Positions 57,474-64,000 of a stretch of 64,000 nt of DNA are shown here, one piece after another. Position numbers and translations under genes: made by a program. Source of the DNA: an uncultured Candidatus Rokubacteria bacterium (lineage in GTDB: Bacteria > Methylomirabilota > Methylomirabilia > Rokubacteriales > DASRDR01); NCBI GenBank assembly GCA_963708025.1, contig CAVPSB010000018.1, forward strand, positions 559,812-623,811, written 5' to 3'. Within the stretch, counting starts at the first letter, position 1. Every line of letters starts with the position of its first letter. The notes below the pieces were generated by a model. The model had not been told where the DNA came from and made no database searches. It saw only the letters and a list, made by a program, of their open reading frames with translations.

Positions 57474-58626
57474 TGTAGGGCGCAAGAACTCGATCCACAG
57501 CCCTTTCCTTCTGCCCGGGTCCGTGAAAAACTTCCCGCCAGGACAAGGACGGAAGGGGGGTCAGCATGATCAGGTGGGCGGGGAGGGCGATCGCAGCATG
57601 GTTCACGTCCAGAGCGGACCTGATCGCCGAAAATCTATGCCTGCGCCAGCAGCTGGTCGTGCTGCAACGCCGGACGCCCCGCCCAAGGCTGCGCGACGGG
57701 GACCGCCGGTTCTGGATTCTGGCCTGTCGGTGGGTGCCCCGATGGCGAGAGTCCCTGCTCGTCGTTCAGCCCCCAACCGTGCTCGGCTGGTATCCCAGAG
57801 GGTGGACAGCCTACTGGCGATGGCGGTCCCGGCGAGGAACGCGAGGCGGGCGGCCCCGTATGGCGGGAGAGCTGCGCGCCCTCATCCGGAGGATGGCCGC
57901 GGAGAATCTCCTCTGGGGGCGACGCCGCGTCCAGGCGGAGCTCACGCGGTTGGGGTTCACGGTGTCGGCGCGGACCGTCGCCACCTATATGCGCAGGCGC
58001 TACGACGGCGTCCCGTCACCCAGCTGGCGGGAGTTTTTGACGCGCCAGGCCAAGGACGTCTGGGCGTGCGACTTCTTCGGCGTGCGGACAGTGTTATTCA
58101 GGACGTTGTACGTCTTCTTCGTGATGCACCACGGGACCCGGCAGATCCTGCAGGCTCGGGTGACCCGGCATCCCACTGCCGAATGGGCGGCCCAGCAGGT
58201 CGTGGCCGCGTGTGGCTGGGAGCGGGACCCACCGCGGTATCTGATCCGTGACCGGGACGGCCGGTTCGGGATCGAGTTCGACCGCCGCGTGCAACGTCTC
58301 GACGTCAAACGGATCCGGACCCCCATAAGGGCACCGCGGGCGAACGTGCTGGCCGAGCGGTGGATCCGATCGGCGAGGAGTGAGTGTCTCGATCATCTGT
58401 TCATCGTCGACGAGGGCCACCTGCAGCGCGTCCTGGACGAGTACGTCGCCTATTTCAATGCGTGGCGACCGCATCGGGGGCTGGGCCAACGCGCGCCGTG
58501 CGGATCAGATCCACCGGCGGGGTCCACCCCCGCCGGTCAGATCATCGGTCGGCCGGTGCTCGGGGGCCTGCATCATGTCTATCAGCATGCAGCCTGAGGG
58601 CTGGGATGGAGTTGTTGCGCCCTACA
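57474..58626 (+). mobile_element. Complete TGT...ACA insertion sequence (IS481-like, rve integrase core)
   Basis: TIR TGTAGGGCGCAAGAACTC / GAGTTGTTGCGCCCTACA (1 mismatch) around an intact ORF. Confidence 0.88.
57566..58597 (+). CDS. DDE transposase / integrase core domain protein
   Basis: ENL.LRQQL, WACDFF, YLIRDRD, AERWIRS.R.ECLDH, LGGLHH.Y. Confidence 0.92.
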   Translation: MIRWAGRAIAAWFTSRADLIAENLCLRQQLVVLQRRTPRPRLRDGDRRFWILACRWVPRWRESLLVVQPPTVLGWYPRGWTAYWRWRSRRGTRGGRPRMAGELRALIRRMAAENLLWGRRRVQAELTRLGFTVSARTVATYMRRRYDGVPSPSWREFLTRQAKDVWACDFFGVRTVLFRTLYVFFVMHHGTRQILQARVTRHPTAEWAAQQVVAACGWERDPPRYLIRDRDGRFGIEFDRRVQRLDVKRIRTPIRAPRANVLAERWIRSARSECLDHLFIVDEGHLQRVLDEYVAYFNAWRPHRGLGQRAPCGSDPPAGSTPAGQIIGRPVLGGLHHVYQHAA

Positions 58627-58680
58627 GCCCCTCACGACGAAAGGAGGACAAGAGGCTCGACGCCTAACCGTTCCCGGCTC

Positions 58681-58763
58681 GCGTCGCTTCGCTCCGATCA
58701 CGATGACCGATCGAGCTGATCACGATGGCGCGATCTGGGTGATCACGATCGCCGGAATCCGCA
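58681..58763 (-). mobile_element. Orphan IS21-family terminal repeat region
   Basis: Minus strand begins TGCGGATTCCGGCGATCGTGATC; GATCACGAT repeated at 58696, 58718 and 58741. Confidence 0.7.
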
Positions 58764-58789
58764 GCCAAACGCCAGTTGGGGAGGATATC

Positions 58790-60420
58790 ATGTGTATACT
58801 GTGCGATCGCGGTAAGCCGCAGCTCCATTCGACGTCGCGGCGCAATTTCCTGAAGGGCACGGCGGCGACAGGCCTCGCGGCGGGGGCCATGGGCCTGTTC
58901 AGGTCGAGCGCCGAGGCGCAAGGCCTCGACGTCAACCCGCCGCTGCACACGGGCAGGCCGGGCCGGCGCTACGTCATCCGCAACGGCTACGTGATGACGA
59001 TGGAGCCGGGGACGCCGGACGCTAACTCGTCATTCGGAGAATTTATCGACGGCGACGTGCTTGTCGAAGGCAAGACGATTAAGGCCATCGGTAGGAACCT
59101 GCGTGTCGGAAACGCCGCCGAGATCGACGCCCGCGACAAGGTTGTCATGCCGGGCTTCATCGACACTCACCACCACCAGGCCTGGACGGCGATCAGAAGC
59201 GCTATTCCCGACAGCATCCTGATCAACGACGGTACGGGAACGGCGAGCGCGGAGCAGAACTATTTCGAGAACGTTCTGGCTGGACTGACCGGGACGACTG
59301 GCTTCGCCCGCCACTACCGGCCGCAGGACGTCTACATCAGCGAGCTGTTCGGCGGCCTTTCACAGCTCGACGCCGGCGTCACGACGGTGTTCGACATCTC
59401 GCAGATCCACCACTCGCCACAGCACTCCGATGCGGTCATCCAGGCTCTTCGCGATACCGGCCGCCGCGCCATGCTGGGCTACTTCGAAAGCGCCGGCAAT
59501 GTTGCGGGGAACCAGTATCCGCAGGATGCGACGCGTCTGGCGGGCATTTTGTCGTCCGACGATCTCGTCGGCTTCATCATGGGCGGCGAGGTCTATCTGG
59601 GGGAGCCGACCTACAGCGCGGCCTGGGCGATCGGTCGCCAGCTCCAGGTCCAGATCGCGGCGCACATCCTGTCGCCGTTCGGCATCCGCCCGATCCTGGA
59701 CGAACTCGCCGCGGGTACCGGCGGCGTCAACAACAACATCGGGCTCGGACCCGACAACCTATTCATCCACATGACCGGCATGTCGGACGACGGCTGGAAC
59801 GGGGTCAAGAACAGCGGCGCCCAGGTTTCGATCGCGTTCCCGATCGAGATGAACATGCGCCACGGCATCCCGCCCATCGTCAAGATGCAGCAGCTGGGGC
59901 TGGAGCCGTCCCTCAGCACCGACGTCGAGACCAACATGACGGCGGACTTCTTCACCCAGATGCGCTCCGCCATGACCATACAGCGAATGGTCATCAACCA
60001 AACGGTCCTCAATACGGGCGACTTCGTGACCTTCCCGACCGGGACGTGGCCGACGTTCCCGGCGGACCTGCCGCCGCTTCTCAATGCGCGCGACGTGCTG
60101 CGCTTTGCCACCATCAACGGCGCCAAGCACTGCGGCTGGACAGCGAGACCGGCTCGCTCAAGGTCGGCAAGGAAGCCGACATCATCATCCTCGACGGCAC
60201 CGACCTCAACGTGTTCCCTATGAACAACGTGCCGGGCGCCGTGGTGACGATGATGGAGCGGACCAACGTCGAGACCGTGATCGTCGCCGGCAAGATCCGC
60301 AAGTGGAAGGGGCGCTTGCTCGACGTCAACCTGGACCTGCTGCGCACCCGGCTCGCCGCGACACGCGACCGCCTCTACAGCGCGGCCGGCGTTCCGCAGA
60401 ACCCGTTCCCCGCCAAGTAG
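58790..60420 (+). pseudogene. Tat-exported amidohydrolase (SsnA/AtzA-like); frameshift at ~60131
   Basis: SRRNFLK; PGFIDTHHH; LSTDVE; ATINGA / GSLKVGKEADIIIL. Confidence 0.85.
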
Positions 60421-60437
60421 CGGAGGAGACTCCTCTC

Positions 60438-60578
60438 CACCCGTCATCCCGGACTGAGCGATGCGAACCGCAGGCGAGCGGCTCTCTTCGATCCGGGACC
60501 CTGCGAGGAGCGCGACTCGCCAGACGAGTTCCCGGATAGGCTCGCCCCTTTGGGGCTCGGCTTCCGGGATGATGGGTG
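60438..60578. repeat. REP/RPE-like palindromic element
   Basis: CACCCGTCATCCCGGA ... TCCGGGATGATGGGTG with internal ATCCGGGA/TCCCGGAT. Confidence 0.7.
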
Positions 60579-60836
60579 CGAGGCTTACCGCCTGCGGAAC
60601 AGCGTCCGGGCGGCTGTCCCTTCTGCATAAACCACCCGGGGTGTTCATGGAGGGCCGCGGACGGTGGGCGGTGGGGCTCGCGGCGCCTCAGACCCCAACG
60701 ACGGGCGGGTGCTGCGTTGCTCCACATCTACTTGGGGATCGACCCAACCGGGCTGGAGGGGAGGCGAAGGCCTCGCCGCGAGTCAGACCGCGGGATCGCC
60801 GACGTGAGCGTGGCCGGGATGCCACGCCGACCGGGC

Positions 60837-61556
60837 TTATGCGGCCCGGCGGGTGTAGCGATGATGGAGGCCGCCGACGAGAGGCGTGTCAACGATGCGA
60901 CCCCGGTCGGGAGGCTCCACCGGTCTGGGCTCCGGGGCGTCCTTGTCGAGGGACAGGTGAGTCCGGGCCGAATGGTAGTAGACAAGATAGGCGTGCAGGA
61001 CGCGACGCAACTGGGCGTCGTTCAGCACCACCACGTGGTCGAGGCACTCCCGGCGCAGGGTCCCGATGAGGCGTTCGACATAGGGATTCTGCCACGGGGA
61101 CTGCGGGGCGCTCTTGACCTCGTGGATCCCCATGGATCGAACCCGGTTCGAGAACACTTTCCCGTACACCGCATCGCGGTCGCGCAGCAGGTATCGGGGC
61201 GCGGTGTTCCAGGGGAACGCCTCGACGATCTGCTGGGCCGTCCACTGAGCGGCGGGGGCGTCGGTGACGTTGACGTGAACTACGCGTCGCCGGTCGTGCG
61301 CCAGGATCACGAAGACGAACAAGACCTTGAACGTCAGCGTGGACACGGTGAAGAAGTCCACGGAGACCAGGCTCCGGAGGTGGTTGTCGAGAAACGTGCG
61401 CCAGGTCTGCGACGGGGGCCTGTTCGGACGGACCACGTACTTGGACACCGTCGCCTGGGAAATCTCGATGCCCAGCTTCTGGAGCTCCCCGTGGGGTTGG
61501 CGCGCGACATGCGTCGGATGAGCGCTCGGACCTCCGGGGAGACGCTCGGGCGGCCA
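60837..61556 (-). pseudogene. rve/IS481-like transposase, 5' truncated and frameshifted
   Basis: GRP.VS.EVRALIRRMS.ANP / SVDFFTV, YLLRDRD, SPWQNPYVER.IGTLRRECLDH, GGLHHRY. Confidence 0.88.
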
Positions 61557-61707
61557 GCTCCCGGGCAGCCAGCGGGGGGTCGTTCAGCAGTCCGTCGCCG
61601 CGAAACTCGCGCAGCAGGTTGATGAAAATGTGCTCGTGCATGAGCGTAACGCCGAGCTGTCCAGCCGGGATCGGGCCTCGCACCGTGACGATCGTTGGAT
61701 CGCTCAT
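61557..61707 (-). pseudogene. Phosphotriesterase-family N-terminal fragment
   Basis: IVTVRGPIPAGQLGVTLMHEHIF; fused to transposase remnant. Confidence 0.75.
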
Positions 61708-61859
61708 CGCTCCTCACACTCCTCTTCGAGCTCGCGGCCAGGCCAAGCCAAACCGGGATCGCCACGCCGTTGAGCCCTTCCGCGTTGACCATGGCGGTGA
61801 ATGGGTCCGGGTGATGAATCCGCGCGGATGTGACCATGGTGGCAGCACGCTACATTAGC

Positions 61860-62293
61860 GCCCGTGTTCGGCGGATGTCCAATTGCGTTGTGTCCTCGGA
61901 TCTCTCTTCGCCGATCCTGTCCTGCCCGCGCTCGGGCACGGCGATCCGACGGAAACACGCTGCTCCGAGAGGCCTACCGGGAGATGTAGTTACGCCGAAG
62001 ACCCAAGAACACCGCAGCCAAACGCCACGCGCTTCCCGCAGACCGTTTTTTTGACCGCCGGGCGAGGGTGAGCACGCGCGTGTGCGGGTCCCCGAAGATC
62101 CCCACGACCGTCGAACTCGGCCCGAATCCCGCGAAGCGATACGTATCCCACAGCCGGCGCGGTCGTCGCGGTGTTGGCATGCGCGTATCATGCCCGATTC
62201 TCGCGGCACCGCCTCAGCCTTTCCGACCGCTGCCAGAGCGGGTGCCCGCACCCTCAGCCCCCTGTTTTCACCCACTCACTTCGATGAAGAGCC
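61860..62293 (-). mobile_element. ISL3-family left end with decayed transposase start
   Basis: End GGCTCTTCATCGAAGTGAGTGGG at 62293; YRF.GF.P...GIFGDP..RV.TL.RRSKK / TVCG. Confidence 0.7.
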
Positions 62294-62362
62294 GTTTGAA
62301 TCTTCCCGGAACGCGTGATAGGTTGGCCCTGCTGTCCGTTACACAGATCGAGGAGGTGCAAC

Positions 62363-63387
62363 GTGCCCGGCGGAACTGATGACCTTCACCCCGATATCGT
62401 TCTCCCCGACAGCGTGGGGCGAACTGAACTCTTCGTGGACAAATGCAGCCGACCGCAGCTCGCGGCGCATCCGCCGCTGGAGGGCGGCAGCGACAATCCC
62501 GACGTCGCCGGCGTGCAAGGCATGCACTGTACGCGGGGCATCGCCGTTGACGGGTTGAGTCTCGAAGGCACCGGCGTGCACGGCGACGGCCAGCAGACCG
62601 GCGTGATGGGCGAGAGCCAGAAGGGCACCGGGGTGGTCGGAAAGAGTCAGACCGGTCGCGGAGTCTTCGCCACGAGTTTGAGGGACGAAGCCATCCGCGG
62701 CGAGACCAACTCCCGATTTGTCGCCGCGGTCGTGGGTGTCTCCCTCAATCCGAACCTGGGTCCCAACGAAGAGTTCTCCTCGGGCGTCTGGGGCAGCAGC
62801 AAGTCCGGAGAAGGCGTGCATGGGGAATCACATTCCGACCGGTTCGCTGCTGTCGCCGGCATCCAGGTGAATCCGGACAGCAGCGGTGCTGGCGTATACG
62901 GTGAACACCGCGGCAACGGCCCGGCGGGCTTCTTCAACGGCAATGTCGTCGTCACCAAGGACATCTTCCTGTCGAACGCCGACTGCGCGGAGGAATTCGA
63001 CCTCGCCCAGACAGGCGCGATCGAGCCCGGAACGGTCATGGTGATCGATCGCAACGGCGCCCTGCTGCGAAGCGAGCAGGCGTACGACAAGAAGGTCGCC
63101 GGTATCGTCTCCGGGGCCGGGGATTTCTGCCCGGCGATCGTGCTCGACAAGCAGGGGCCGGGGCTGGGTCAGCGGGTCGCGATCGCGCTGGTCGGCAAGG
63201 TGTTCTGCAAGGCGGACGCGACCTATGGATCGATCGACGTGGGAGACCTGCTGACCACGTCTCCGACGCCGGGCCATGCGATGCGCGCCGAGATCTGCTC
63301 AGGGCGTTCGGCGCCGTGATCGGCAAGGCGTTGCGCCCGCTGCGTGACGGCACCGGCCTCATCCCCGTGCTCGTCGCGCTGCAGTAG
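62363..63387 (+). pseudogene. GVxG-repeat fibre-like protein with C-terminal Peptidase_G2-like autochaperone; frameshift at ~63295
   Basis: GVHG/GVMG/GVVG/GVWG repeats; ADCAEEF, IALVGKV.CK, GDLLTTS..PGHAM / GAVIGKAL. Confidence 0.7.
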
Positions 63388-63398
63388 CGGGGGCGATC

Positions 63399-64000
63399 AT
63401 GGCCTTCTCTTCGCACGGTGGCGCAGTGCATCGGCTTGACCGGCGCCTTCTCGGTTGCGCACCAGTTCTTCGGCTTCTGGATCGGGACACCCGTCGGGAT
63501 GGTGGTGTCCGTGGGACGGCAGGTCAAGCTGCTGCAGGGCAAGCACTTCCACCTGAACGTGATCCGCACCGCAGCGTTCACCGACCCGCACCGGGCGCAG
63601 ATCGATCAGGCACTCCAGACCGCGTGACACCTACGCGCCGGCGAACATTGGCATCGGCCGTATCGAGCACCACCATGTGCCGCAAGGCGGCTACGAAATC
63701 ATCATGGCCGAGGACGTCGCGCTCGAGATGTGGGACTCGTGGTCCGCACCGAACGACGGCATCGATGCCTTCTTCTGCTATTACCTCAACGGCTCCGAAT
63801 CCGGCCGCAGCCCAGAAGACGGTTCGTGCGACAAAGACGACAAAGACTCGGGCCTCGTCCTCGGAGTCCTCGACAATCCCACCACGCTCGGCCAGGCACT
63901 GGCACACGAATTGGGCCACTATCTCGGCCTTGGCCACGAGGATGAGCTTGGCGGCAACCTCATGTTCCCCAGTGTCCCGAACGGCGGCACGCTCTACGGG
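63399..64000 (+). pseudogene. Metzincin-type zinc metalloprotease, frameshifted, runs off window
   Basis: Manual translation AHELGHYLGLGH...NLMFP (HExxHxxGxxH plus Met-turn). Confidence 0.75.

Noticed and set aside
58690-58760. GATCACGAT repeats as a mini-CRISPR
   Set aside because: Units are 9 bp with 22-23-bp period, end in an IS21-like terminus, and no cas genes are present.

Overview
High-GC bacterial chromosome segment; gene style suggests Ca. Rokubacteria/Methylomirabilota, which is an inference. Bases 1-12.5 kb are the intact replication-origin region (yidC-yidD-rnpA-rpmH / dnaA-dnaN-recF-gyrB-gyrA-serS), with DnaA boxes and a B. subtilis-type DnaA-trio unwinding element. The tRNA-Ser(UGA) after serS is broken at its anticodon loop, and the remaining ~51 kb is a decaying accessory region. 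It holds five tRNA fragments (Ser 5' x2, Pro 5', Arg 3' x2), each beside 11-12-bp-period integrase arm-type repeats, but no tyrosine integrase. One island bounded by the tRNA-Ser halves carries two paralogous ATP-grasp ligases around a tripartite tricarboxylate transporter. There are many IS remnants and MITEs, an orphan structured IS110-like non-coding end, and many frameshifted genes. The most coherent hidden structure is a sigma54 regulon at 27-46 kb. One palindromic upstream motif (CYGCAA-N3-YTGCAG) is paired five times with a -24/-12 promoter, around a PAS kinase/NtrC-type activator. The promoters drive mostly cell-envelope genes (L,D-transpeptidases, lipoproteins, Pal), next to a diadenylate cyclase. 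No CRISPR array or rRNA was seen.
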